A stretch of 64,000 nucleotides of DNA from Candidatus Peregrinibacteria bacterium. GTDB lineage: Bacteria > Patescibacteriota > Gracilibacteria > UBA1369. This document shows, piece after piece, positions 1 through 9,206 of the stretch. The translations under genes were made by a program, and so were the position numbers. The stretch covers positions 1 through 64,000 of the forward strand of contig OY970195.1 of assembly GCA_963708185.1 (NCBI GenBank), given 5' to 3'. Below the pieces are notes generated by a model. That model had not been told where the DNA came from. It ran no database searches and was given only the letters and a program-made list of their open reading frames with translations. The stretch's first letter is position 1; the number at the start of each line of letters is the position of its first letter.

Positions 1-370
1 TCTGCTGGAGGTCCATGAAGTTCTGGTTCGCCTTCAGTTCCGGATAGTTTTCGGCAAGAGCAAAGAGGCTTTTCAAAGTTCCGCTCAAAGCGTTTTCAGC
101 CTGGGCCTTGTCGGCGAGCGTTCCTGCGCCCATGGCCGCGGTGCGGGCCTTGGCGACGTTTTCAAAGGTGGATTTTTCGTGACCTGCATATCCTTTGACC
201 GTTTCCACGAGGTTGGGGATGAGGTCGTAACGTCGTTTGAGCTGGGTTTCGATGTCGGCCCAGGCTTCGTCGACTTTGTTCTTGAGCTGAATGAGGCTGT
301 TGTAGACGCCGATCGCGAAGAAAATGATGAGGACGACGACCGCGAGAATGATCCAACCGGTAGTATTCAT
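1..370 (-). CDS. lemA: LemA family protein (3' end runs off window)
   Basis: Manual translation from ATG at 370: [66 protein letters not shown]...[17 protein letters not shown]. Contains the LemA motifs LKRRxDLIPNLV and ENYPELKA. Not in the ORF track because it is truncated. Confidence 0.95.
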   Translation of the reverse strand, partial: MNTTGWIILAVVVLIIFFAIGVYNSLIQLKNKVDEAWADIETQLKRRYDLIPNLVETVKGYAGHEKSTFENVAKARTAAMGAGTLADKAQAENALSGTLKSLFALAENYPELKANQNFMDLQQ

Positions 371-461
371 ATGATAATATTAAAAAATCATGGCTATTAT
401 AGGTGGTGGTGGCCTTTTTGCAAAGGTTTTACCTCTTTTGCTCTTTAGAAGGCTCCGCATA

Positions 462-492
462 TTGACATTTTTTTTTTTCACAGTATTATAAT
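462..492 (+). promoter_or_regulatory. sigma70-type promoter of TPR gene
   Basis: TTGACA (462-467) followed by TATTAT/TATAAT (484-492), upstream of ATG 514. Confidence 0.6.
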
Positions 493-513
493 GCCTTAAA
501 AAAATATTTTTCT

Positions 514-1857
514 ATGAAAAAACGTTTTTTACCTCTAGAAACACCCGCAGACGAATCATCCATTCTTAAAAAAACGAAAGGGAAAAAGGGTCCTTCCGGC
601 AAAAAGGATGAGTTTCTGGTCGACGATAAAATTCTGGAAGCTCTCATGGAAAAACTTTTCGTCGACGCCGCGAATTCACCGTACGGCAGGGTTGATGGAT
701 TTGATTTCAGCAGTTTGCACGGATTGAGTCTCGAAGAGGCTTTTCTCCGCTATCCGAAACTTCTGGAAATCATGGATGACGTCATTATCCGCGTGAACAA
801 AGTCGTTTCGAATGCCATGGAATATGCCGTCCACGAAAAAGAGTCGGCCGAGCACGGACGAAAAAACGCACTGCTTCTGAAAAGGTTCGGCAATCTTTTT
901 TTGAGGAACGGACATTTGCCCCAGGCGCTTAAAGCGTTTGAAGGGGCATTGCATTTTTTGGCTGACGAAGGAGAAATTTACACATTGATGGGTGACGTCT
1001 ACGTGATGATGGGTGATCTTGAGAAAGCGTTGTTCTGTTACGGAGAAGCGCGGCAGTCTCTTGAGGACGACTTTGTGGTTTCAAGAAAACTTGCCGATGT
1101 TCATGTAAAATTTGCCGAAGGATTTTTTGGTTCCGATAACGGGAAAGCCGTTCAGTGTTACGAGCAGGCGCTCCAATGTATCGACGGGTATCCTCCCGCG
1201 ATGAGCGGGCTGGGTGAGATCGCGCTTTTGGAAGGCGATTGTGACACCGCGTTGGAAAATTTCGAAAAGGTTCTTGATCGCGATCCCAGCAATGTCCGCG
1301 CGCTCGTCGGATTTGCCAACGCTCATTCTATGTCCGGCAATCTTGATGAAGCCGATGCACTTTTCCGTGAAGCCATCACCCTGAATCAGTTTTATCTTCC
1401 CGGACTGTACAACTACGCAAGCTTTCATTTTTATTCCACGAAGAATTTTGTCCAGGCCAGGGTTTATATTGATCGCGCCGCAGGATTGGATCCACGGAAT
1501 GTGGAGATACTCCTCCTTAAGGTGGAGATCGCCATGGCGATGAAAGATTTCGATTCCGCCGAGAAAGCCGTTGAGGAGGTGCTGGTGCTCGATCCCGGCA
1601 ACAAAGAAGCTTTCAGTTTTTTCTGCAGACTCAAAAACGGTGAGTGTTTTCTTCCGGAAAATTATATGTCCTCGTTCCAGGCCGTGAAGGTCGAGCGTCA
1701 GGCGTCTTCACGGGATCTTTTTTATTCGTTGAAAAACTTTCAGCGGCTCAACAACGCACGGACATTTGACCGTTACGTCAACGAGGTCTCCAGGGACCAG
1801 CAGGACCGCTTCAGCAGGTTTCGTTCCAAATACGACGGACCTACTTTTCTGAACTAG
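514..1857 (+). CDS. TPR-repeat protein
   Basis: 447 aa with about 7 TPR-like units (e.g. AMSGLGEIALLEGDCDTALENFEKVLDRDPSN; ALVGFANAHSMSGNLDEADALFREAITLN). Confidence 0.85.
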   Translation: MKKRFLPLETPADESSILKKTKGKKGPSGKKDEFLVDDKILEALMEKLFVDAANSPYGRVDGFDFSSLHGLSLEEAFLRYPKLLEIMDDVIIRVNKVVSNAMEYAVHEKESAEHGRKNALLLKRFGNLFLRNGHLPQALKAFEGALHFLADEGEIYTLMGDVYVMMGDLEKALFCYGEARQSLEDDFVVSRKLADVHVKFAEGFFGSDNGKAVQCYEQALQCIDGYPPAMSGLGEIALLEGDCDTALENFEKVLDRDPSNVRALVGFANAHSMSGNLDEADALFREAITLNQFYLPGLYNYASFHFYSTKNFVQARVYIDRAAGLDPRNVEILLLKVEIAMAMKDFDSAEKAVEEVLVLDPGNKEAFSFFCRLKNGECFLPENYMSSFQAVKVERQASSRDLFYSLKNFQRLNNARTFDRYVNEVSRDQQDRFSRFRSKYDGPTFLN

Positions 1858-4564
1858 GTTTCAGGAATTTCTGCAGATTATCTTTCGATCCGTACTCGAT
1901 GCGGATGCCTTCCGGCAAAGCTTCAAGGAACTGATGGCCGTATTTTTTCTGAACGATGCGGGTGTCGAGGACGATGATGGTTCCGGTGTCTTCGCTGCTG
2001 CGGATGAGACGGCCGAAGCCCTGTTTAAACTTGAGAATGGCTTTGGGAAGCTGGTATTCGTTGAAGGGATCGGAATATTTTTTGGAACGGGCTACGATCA
2101 TGGGATCGTTGGGGGGATCGAACGGCAGTTTCTGGATGACGACGCAATTGAGATCGTTGCCGCGGAGATCCACTCCTTCCCAGAAGCTCTGCGTGCCGAA
2201 GATGGCCGAGGTTTCAGGTTCATCCTTGAAATGTTCGACGATCTTGCCGCGACCTCCGCTGATCTGCTGGGCAAGGACGTTAATGCCTTCTTTTTTGAGT
2301 TCGGGTGCGATCTGATGGTATGTGGCCGACAGCGCTTTTTTCGCCGTGAAGAGCACAAGCGTCCTGCCGCCGTTGGCCTTGATGATGTTTTTGATAAGCT
2401 TGGCGCAGCTCATGAAATATCCTTCGGTCGCCGGTTCGGGCAGGTCTTCGGGGATAAGGATCTTTACCTGGTCGGGGTATGAAAAATGTGAGGGGAGATG
2501 GGTCTCTTCGAAACTCTGGTCTAGCCCGAGCTGGTCGCGGATGAAGTTGAAGGTGTGATCGGTGCGTAGGGTGGCGGACGTGAGGATGATGCTGGATTTT
2601 TGATTCCAAAGAACGTTCGTCAGCAGCGGGCCGACGTCAACGGGGGAGCGGCGGATGGTGATGTTGTCTTCGTAGGTTTTGTTGATCCAGGTCATCTGGT
2701 TGAAGGTTTCTCCTTCGCTTTGGAGGACGGACTGGAGGTCCGCGAGTTTTTTTTCGCATTCGTACATGTAGCCTTTGACCTCTTTCCATGGCACGCTGTT
2801 TTTTTCCGGCGCCGCTTCATGGATTTTCGAGAGTTGTTCCATGAGTTCTCTCGCGGAATCGGAAACGGTTTTCCCCGCATCTCTCGTCTGGAGCCATTCT
2901 TTGCTCATCACGTCGGCGTCGGAGAGGTTGAGCTGGCTGTAGAACTGGCTTTGGCCGAGATGTTTTTCCAGGAAAATTCCGGCGAGGCCGAAGAAAATGT
3001 CGATGCGGCCGACGAGATGTTCCGTGGTTTTTCGTGCGGACTGGATTTCATCGAGGACGGAAGCCTCCTTGATGAAACGTCCGAGGACGTCGAGACTTTT
3101 CTTGAGTTTCTCGAACGGACGTTGGAAAGAATGGAACGCCAGAGCTACGGTGAAGGCGTCCGTTGCAACCTTTTCCAGATGGTGGGCTTCGTCGACGATG
3201 AGGTCGTCGTATTCCGGAAGAATCGGGTTTTCGGCGTTGCTGTCCTGCAGCAGCAGGGCGTGGTTGACGATGACAATATCGGCGTTCATGGCTTTCTGGC
3301 GGGCTTTCATCAGGTAGCATCCGTTTTTGAATTCCGGATCGTCGTGGGAGCAGGCGTATTCGGCGCAGCAAATTTCATCGAGCAGTGAATACTCTTTTCC
3401 CACGAAAGTGAGTTCGTCGAGGTCACCGGTCTGGTCGCTTCCGCTTGAAGACGACATCCCGCTTGAGCTCGAGCTGCGGGTGAGCCAGAGCAGAATCTTA
3501 ATGATGAGCGTGGTTTCGACGTCGTCAAAAGCATCTTTCATCATGAGCAGTTCGAGCCGTTTGTAGGAAAGATAGTTTCTGCGGCCTTTGACCAGGGCGA
3601 TTTTGAAAGCCGACGGCGCGATGAGTTTTTCAACCAAAGGAACGTCTTTTTTCAACAACTGTTCCTGGAGATTGTGAGTGTAGGTCGAGATGACGATTTT
3701 TTTGTGCTGTTTGAGGGCGTAGTGGACTGCAGCCATAAGATAGGCGAGCGTCTTGCCCACGCCCGTACCGGCTTCAATAAGTCTTTTTTTGTCCTGTGCA
3801 AAAGCCTCCAAGATCAGCTCAGTCATGTGCTGTTGGCTGGGGCGGGTTTCGTAGCTTTTTACGATCTTTGCAAGTTTTCCTTCAGGACTGTAGGTCGCCA
3901 GGAGTTCTTCGGCGCTTTGTTCGTACGGCGCTGCTGCGATGTCTTTTGGAAATGCGGATGAATGTTCTTTTTTTGGTGCCGCCGGGGTTTCGGTTTCAAG
4001 AAAAATTTCGCGAAGGTGCCAGGTGCTTCTTTTGAGAATGGTCTGGATTTTTTTGAGCGTCGTCCCGTCGATCTCATGGATTTTTTCCTGAAGGATGAGG
4101 AAAAGTTTGTAACAGGCGACCGTGTCCGACATGGCCCGGTGTTTCTGGTCGTGATGCAGTTTGAGGGTGCGGCCAAGCGTGTCGAGGCTGTACGAAGGGA
4201 GTCCTGGAAGGAGTATCATGCTCAATTGGAGCGTGTCGTAGAGCGGTCCGGTAATGCTGACGCCTTTTGCTCTCAAAAAATTCACGTCAAAATCGATGTT
4301 ATGGCCCACGATGGGAGCATCGCCAATAAACGCTTCAAGTTTTTCCCTGAGCGATTCGAGTGTCGGAGCTTCGGCAACGTCCTGGTCCTTGATCCCGGTA
4401 ATATGGGTGATGATATGCGGGATGGGGATTTGGGGATTGATGAAGGTTTCAAAAGTATCGATGATTTTGTCTCCTTCGAACTTTACGGCGGCTATTTCAA
4501 TGACCTGATCTGTTCTGGGATCGAAGCCGGTACTTTCAATATCAAGAGCGATGCACGTTTTCAT
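1841..4564 (-). CDS. dinG: DnaQ-family 3'-5' exonuclease fused to DinG-family helicase
   Basis: N-terminal DEDDh motifs (LDIESTG, GHNIDFD, HRAMSD), Walker A EAGTGVGKT, DEAHH, SFWEGVD and KQGFGRLIRS. Confidence 0.92.
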   Translation of the reverse strand: MKTCIALDIESTGFDPRTDQVIEIAAVKFEGDKIIDTFETFINPQIPIPHIITHITGIKDQDVAEAPTLESLREKLEAFIGDAPIVGHNIDFDVNFLRAKGVSITGPLYDTLQLSMILLPGLPSYSLDTLGRTLKLHHDQKHRAMSDTVACYKLFLILQEKIHEIDGTTLKKIQTILKRSTWHLREIFLETETPAAPKKEHSSAFPKDIAAAPYEQSAEELLATYSPEGKLAKIVKSYETRPSQQHMTELILEAFAQDKKRLIEAGTGVGKTLAYLMAAVHYALKQHKKIVISTYTHNLQEQLLKKDVPLVEKLIAPSAFKIALVKGRRNYLSYKRLELLMMKDAFDDVETTLIIKILLWLTRSSSSSGMSSSSGSDQTGDLDELTFVGKEYSLLDEICCAEYACSHDDPEFKNGCYLMKARQKAMNADIVIVNHALLLQDSNAENPILPEYDDLIVDEAHHLEKVATDAFTVALAFHSFQRPFEKLKKSLDVLGRFIKEASVLDEIQSARKTTEHLVGRIDIFFGLAGIFLEKHLGQSQFYSQLNLSDADVMSKEWLQTRDAGKTVSDSARELMEQLSKIHEAAPEKNSVPWKEVKGYMYECEKKLADLQSVLQSEGETFNQMTWINKTYEDNITIRRSPVDVGPLLTNVLWNQKSSIILTSATLRTDHTFNFIRDQLGLDQSFEETHLPSHFSYPDQVKILIPEDLPEPATEGYFMSCAKLIKNIIKANGGRTLVLFTAKKALSATYHQIAPELKKEGINVLAQQISGGRGKIVEHFKDEPETSAIFGTQSFWEGVDLRGNDLNCVVIQKLPFDPPNDPMIVARSKKYSDPFNEYQLPKAILKFKQGFGRLIRSSEDTGTIIVLDTRIVQKKYGHQFLEALPEGIRIEYGSKDNLQKFLKPSSEK

Positions 4565-4591
4565 GGATTAATCTTGCCTGAAATTTGACCG

Positions 4592-4759
4592 TTAGGGAAG
4601 TCTTTGAAGGTTCAGGCTTCTGACTTTGAGTTCAAGCTTGTGAACGGATGAATGTTTGCGGCCCTTGAAAGAGTTTTCCACCAATCCGAGGTTCTGGAGA
4701 TAGTCCTGGATGGCTTGATAGAGTTGTTGCTGGCGCAACTGCGGTGATCTTCTGGTCAT
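4592..4759 (-). CDS. small hypothetical protein (55 aa)
   Basis: Manual ORF MTRRSPQLRQQQLYQAIQDYLQNLGLVENSFKGRKHSSVHKLELKVRSLNLQRLP*. It lies between a consensus promoter and dinG and is below the ORF-track cutoff. Confidence 0.55.
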   Translation of the reverse strand: MTRRSPQLRQQQLYQAIQDYLQNLGLVENSFKGRKHSSVHKLELKVRSLNLQRLP

Positions 4760-4789
4760 TGGCGCGTGCTTAGGAAGTATATCAATTTC

Positions 4790-4818
4790 AGTATAGGTGA
4801 GTATATACTCACCGTCAA
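4790..4818 (-). promoter_or_regulatory. sigma70 promoter with perfect 18-bp palindromic operator in the spacer
   Basis: Minus strand reads TTGACG-N17-TATACT. The spacer region forms the palindrome GGTGAGTATATACTCACC (4796-4813). Confidence 0.75.
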
Positions 4819-4939
4819 GAAATTTTGTTTCGTGAGGTTTCTTGTAGAATTTTAATTTTTTTAATTGCGGTGAAAAGCCAATAATTTCGCTGTTTTTTTA
4901 AATTATAAAATACTTTAGTAATCTTCCAATGCCTAAAAT

Positions 4940-4967
4940 TTGCGTAATAGATTTTTTTTGATATGAT
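4940..4967 (+). promoter_or_regulatory. promoter of putative ncRNA
   Basis: TTGCGT-N16-TATGAT with an extended -10 (TGn). Confidence 0.55.
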
Positions 4968-4971
4968 TATC

Positions 4972-5534
4972 TGAAACCTCGGAGTTGGAAAATCAATCTT
5001 CCTTCTTAACATCTGGACATTCTGGAGTTTCAAAAAACAAAAACAAATGGTTCCTTAAAAAAACATAAAATAAAATATCTGCAGAGATTGATGGGAAGGT
5101 GAACTGGTTGCCTCAGGAGGATCAATGTCCTCCGTAAAATCTTCACAACCTGGTCAGGAGTGATGGAGTACCAACGCCCTAGAACTTTTCACCTTCTCTC
5201 TGCCTCTACAGGTCGCGTTCGCTTCACTGCGACACGTCGCCTTAGCTCAGGCTATATATGCTCGGTAATGGCACTTGCGGATGACTTCCGCTCCTGCCGT
5301 TCACAGTTGTCCGGTGTCCTTCGTTTGTTCCTTCGGGAGCCTCAGGATACGCCAAACGGACGGTGGCTGGCCCCACTGGAAAAATAAGCCGAAACCCAGC
5401 ATATATACGGGCTCGTCAGCCTTCAAACAAATTCCAAAAACAAAAATACCTTGAGTTCTCACAAATTTTTCTTTCCCTGAGAACCCATAAGGACCGGAAT
5501 TTCACCCCGCTACCCGTTAGCGGGGTTTTCTTTT
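4972..5534 (+). ncRNA. putative large structured ncRNA, family not recognised
   Basis: Many nested complementary segments, a C(UUCG)G tetraloop, A-rich linkers, an upstream promoter and a downstream intrinsic terminator. No convincing ORF. Confidence 0.65.
5504..5534 (+). terminator. intrinsic terminator
   Basis: Stem ACCCCGCTA/TAGCGGGGT followed by TTTCTTTT. Confidence 0.8.
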
Positions 5535-5541
5535 GTCCGCG

Positions 5542-5577
5542 TAAAAAAAGGGAGCTTCTCGAAGCTCCCTTTTTTTA
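5542..5577. terminator. bidirectional intrinsic terminator (ends the SLH gene)
   Basis: A7-GGGAGCTTC-TC-GAAGCTCCC-T7. Confidence 0.85.
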
Positions 5578-5602
5578 CCGGTGAATTTTCCGAGAAGTAT
5601 TT

Positions 5603-8062
5603 TTAGTAGACGTTCGGTCCGGTTGTCTGTTCGGTGCCCTGCTGGGTGTAGTCGATCGGACGTAACATGCCCGGTTGTTGGACGTCCCCGCCTGAAGGAG
5701 CTGATCCGAATTCGAGGTCGCGGAGAAGCTTGATGATCTTGGACGCTTCGGCGCGGGTAATGTTGCGGTGGGGTTCGAACCTGTCGGCACTTACGCCCTG
5801 GACCAATCCGTCAGCGTAGGCTGCGTGGATGGCGTTGGTGAACCAGTCGCCTGACGAAACGTCGCTGAACCGGGTGAAGTTGGCTACCGGGCTGACGTCT
5901 TTGAGGCTCGCGCTGACGTTGTAAAGAATCTGGACGGCTTCGGCGCGGGTAATAGGATCGTCGGGATGGAAGGTGCCGTCATTGTAACCGGTGATATATT
6001 TTTCCGATGCCGCGGCGTTGATGTACTGGGCGTACCATACTGAGGTGTCGGCCGGAACGTCTTTGAAGTAAGCGGTGGTTCCGTCGTAGTTCGGGGTGTA
6101 GGTCATGTCTTCGGCTTCCATGACCATCTTGATGAATTCGGCACGGGTGATGGCATTGCCGGGACGGAAGCATCCGTCACTGTAGCCGCTGATGATGTAG
6201 TCTTTGGAGAGATCGTCGACATAAGGTTTGAACCAGTCGGTCGAGCGGACGTCGCAGAAGGTTTTCGGAGTGGGCACGTACTGGTAATTCTGTGCGGACT
6301 GTTCCACCTGGAAGGCGTTCTGGAACAGTTCACCGTATTTTTGGAGGCCGGCAATGTCCACGTTGACGGAACCACTGCCCCACACGGTGTCGGAGGTGGC
6401 GGAACCGGTTTCGTACACGTCGTGCCATGGATCAAGAAGTCCGTTGATGAACGTTGAGACGTCACTCGGCGCGCTGAGAAGATCCATGAGCATTTTGGCG
6501 TAATCGTGGATGCTGTCGAAACTGACGTATCCGACGCCGGCCATACTTTGATTCGGAACAAAAGCCTGGCTGAACGTGGCGTTATTGAGCATGCCTTTGC
6601 CGTCCAGCGTATAGGCGTCGTTGACGTTCGGGGAGGTGGTGATGACAAGCAGTCCGTCCGTCGTCACCGCGGCGTTCACGGTGAAGAGCGTTTTGTCACC
6701 GGGCAGACTTTGCATGAGGGGATCGGCATCGGGTGATTTGCTCGGATCGAACGTGAGATGGTAGTAAGCGGTGCCGTTCGAAGTCACGATGCTGCGGTTG
6801 TAGAAGTCGACGCCGCTGTCTTTTTCCATGGCGTTGAAGGTTTTATCCACGTAATCCACCAGCTTGACGAGAACGGTGCCGGCCTTGCTTTGCATGGTCC
6901 TGACGTCCACGACCAGTGTCGCCGCCGGGTAGATTTGATCGGTTTTATGGAAGGACATGGCGTATTTCCCCTGAAAGAGAGGAAGCAGGTCTGCGTCGAA
7001 GTCCAGTCCTGAATCCGCTTTGAAGTTGTTTTTCCAGGCGGTGAAATCGGAGTTCGCCTGGGCGTCGTTCACGATGAATTTCATGAAATCCTGCACTTTG
7101 CCCTGCAGGTTGTTCCCTTCACCGAAGATCATCACGTTGTTGCTGTTGATGTATCTGTAGAGTTCAGGAATGAAGTTGTAGCGGTCAAAGGAGAGGTTGA
7201 GTTGTTTGAGTTTGGCATCATCGCCTTTGACGACCACACTGAAGTTGAAACCGGTATCGGTCTCACCAACGCTGATGCCCTCGGCGTTGAGAGCCGCCAT
7301 AAGGTCTTTTTCTGCTGAAAGGAGATCTCCGAGTCCAAGCACTTGTGAAGCATCTACGCTGTTTTGATACATGCTCGGGTTAACGTACATGTTGAGGAAG
7401 CTTCCCGGGAGGTCTTTCGAGCGGACCGCCATGTAGCCGTCGGTCTGTGCGAGCGGGGTGCCGGTTTTTTGCGTGTACATGTCGAGAAGTCCGGTCATGC
7501 GGTCCTCTGTGCCCGTTACGACAACCAGATCGCCGATCATCGTGATAAAGGTATCTGAAGAAGGACTGTAGACGGTCATGTTGTCCACGGTCGTCACGGT
7601 TGTGTCGGTCGGAAGCAGGCTGACGAGTGTCGCGTAATCATCAGAGGTCATGTGCATGGAAGCGTAATTTTCAGGTGAAGGATATGTGTACGCGGATGAA
7701 TAGGATGTCGCTGGTTCGGTCATCATGACGTTCTTGGTGGCAACGGTGAGTTTGTTGTTTGCGAGTTCTTTGTTGAGGATGTCTTTGAGCGTGGCGGTGT
7801 CCTGGTCAGACATACCGGTGATCCCGCCGTTGGTGAACTGTTCGATAAGCGAACTGAAGTCGTTGTTGAACGGATTGGGCGCTCCGGTGTTGAACTCAAC
7901 AAGCTGGTCGATGTCCGAAGGTAGAAGCTGTGCCAGTTCCACGTGAGCGGTTGGCGGTGGGTTTTGCGTTGCCGTCTGTGCGGAAGCGACGTTGACGAAC
8001 GATGCCCCGTATATGGCGAGCATGCTTAAAGAGGCAACAATTTTGTTGGTGTGTTTTTCCAT
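5603..8062 (-). CDS. secreted protein with three C-terminal SLH domains (DUF3352-like N-terminal region, tentative)
   Basis: Signal peptide. SLH motifs FCDV..DWF..GYSDGCFRPGNAITRAE, GYNDGTFHPDDPITRAE and FEPHRNITRAE. Confidence 0.85.
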   Translation of the reverse strand: MEKHTNKIVASLSMLAIYGASFVNVASAQTATQNPPPTAHVELAQLLPSDIDQLVEFNTGAPNPFNNDFSSLIEQFTNGGITGMSDQDTATLKDILNKELANNKLTVATKNVMMTEPATSYSSAYTYPSPENYASMHMTSDDYATLVSLLPTDTTVTTVDNMTVYSPSSDTFITMIGDLVVVTGTEDRMTGLLDMYTQKTGTPLAQTDGYMAVRSKDLPGSFLNMYVNPSMYQNSVDASQVLGLGDLLSAEKDLMAALNAEGISVGETDTGFNFSVVVKGDDAKLKQLNLSFDRYNFIPELYRYINSNNVMIFGEGNNLQGKVQDFMKFIVNDAQANSDFTAWKNNFKADSGLDFDADLLPLFQGKYAMSFHKTDQIYPAATLVVDVRTMQSKAGTVLVKLVDYVDKTFNAMEKDSGVDFYNRSIVTSNGTAYYHLTFDPSKSPDADPLMQSLPGDKTLFTVNAAVTTDGLLVITTSPNVNDAYTLDGKGMLNNATFSQAFVPNQSMAGVGYVSFDSIHDYAKMLMDLLSAPSDVSTFINGLLDPWHDVYETGSATSDTVWGSGSVNVDIAGLQKYGELFQNAFQVEQSAQNYQYVPTPKTFCDVRSTDWFKPYVDDLSKDYIISGYSDGCFRPGNAITRAEFIKMVMEAEDMTYTPNYDGTTAYFKDVPADTSVWYAQYINAAASEKYITGYNDGTFHPDDPITRAEAVQILYNVSASLKDVSPVANFTRFSDVSSGDWFTNAIHAAYADGLVQGVSADRFEPHRNITRAEASKIIKLLRDLEFGSAPSGGDVQQPGMLRPIDYTQQGTEQTTGPNVY

Positions 8063-8079
8063 GACGGTGAGGTAAAGGG

Positions 8080-9147
8080 TTAAAGAATTTTTACGAATTT
8101 ATCAAAAAGGTTTTCCGTGTCCGTGGGGCCGGGAGCGGCTTCCGGATGGAACTGTACGGAAAAGAAAGGGAGCTTGGTATGCTTGATGCCCTCGACGGTT
8201 TTGTCGTTGGCGTTTTCAAACCAGACCTTCCAGTCCTTTGGGAGTGATTTGCGGTCGATGGCGAAGCCGTGGTTCTGGGAGGTGATGTAGCAGCGGCCGG
8301 TTTCGAGATCAACGCATGGGAGGTTCTGGCCGCGGTTGCCGTAACGGAGTTTGTAGGTTTTGGCACCGGCCGCGAGGCCCATGAGCTGGTTGCCGAGGCA
8401 GATGCCGAAGGTCGGGATCTTTTTTTCAAAACCTTTGCGGATGAGGTTGATGGTTTCCTTACACATGGCCGGATCTCCCGGGCCGTTGGAAATGAAGACA
8501 CCGTCGAATTTTTCTTTGGCGGCAAAGTAGTCGTAGTTCCAGGGGACGCGGATAACGGTGATGTCCCTGTTCAAAAAGTTGCGGATGGTGTTGTTCTTGA
8601 CGCCGCAGTCGATCATGATGACGCGTTTTTTCCCGGCTTTATACACTTTCGGTTTTTTGGGACTGACCTCTTCGACGATATTGTAAGTGTTGGGGTTGTA
8701 CTCTTCGACGTCTTTGTCTTCAACGAGAATTTTGCCGAGCTGGGAACCTTTGTCGCGCAAAAGCTGGGTGAGTTCGCGGGTGTCGATGCCGGTGATGCCC
8801 GTGACCCCCTGTTCTTTGAGCCATTTTCCGAGGCTTTTGGCTGCGTTCCAGTGGTTGTAGTTTTGTGAATATTCTCCGACCACGATCCCTTTGGCGTGGA
8901 TGCGGTCGCTTTCGAACACCTTGCTGATTTTATGTTTGTCGTTTTTTTCTTCAGGCACGCCGTAGTTGCCGATCAGCGGGTAGGTGAACGTTAAAAGTTG
9001 TCCCTGGAACGAAGGGTCGGTCAGACTTTCGGGGTATCCCACCATGCCCGTTGAAAAAACGACTTCTCCGGAGGTGCTTTTTTCTGCACCAAAGATGTAA
9101 CCCTCATAACTGGTACCATCTTTGAGAACGAGTCGTCCTTTTTTCAT
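8080..9147 (-). CDS. carA: carbamoyl-phosphate synthase small subunit
   Basis: GEVVFSTGMVGYPESLTDPS, SNGPGDP, GICLGNQ and SVQFHPEA motifs. Confidence 0.97.
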   Translation of the reverse strand: MKKGRLVLKDGTSYEGYIFGAEKSTSGEVVFSTGMVGYPESLTDPSFQGQLLTFTYPLIGNYGVPEEKNDKHKISKVFESDRIHAKGIVVGEYSQNYNHWNAAKSLGKWLKEQGVTGITGIDTRELTQLLRDKGSQLGKILVEDKDVEEYNPNTYNIVEEVSPKKPKVYKAGKKRVIMIDCGVKNNTIRNFLNRDITVIRVPWNYDYFAAKEKFDGVFISNGPGDPAMCKETINLIRKGFEKKIPTFGICLGNQLMGLAAGAKTYKLRYGNRGQNLPCVDLETGRCYITSQNHGFAIDRKSLPKDWKVWFENANDKTVEGIKHTKLPFFSVQFHPEAAPGPTDTENLFDKFVKIL

Positions 9148-9206
9148 GAAAAGTGTTTAGTTCCTGCACACTATAACGATGGGAGTACAGGCAGGCAAGA
9201 GCTTTT

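Noticed and set aside
5160-5387. 75-aa ORF inside the structured region (also 5363-5584 and 4815-5033)
   Set aside because: GTG/TTG starts and no protein-like motif; the sequence is better explained by base pairing.
5180-5395. RNase P RNA or group II intron reading of the ncRNA (CGGCTTA, GAAAAGTTC and GAGCCCGTAT on the minus strand)
   Set aside because: The motifs are in the wrong order, P4 and domain V pairing fail, and strand cues favour plus.
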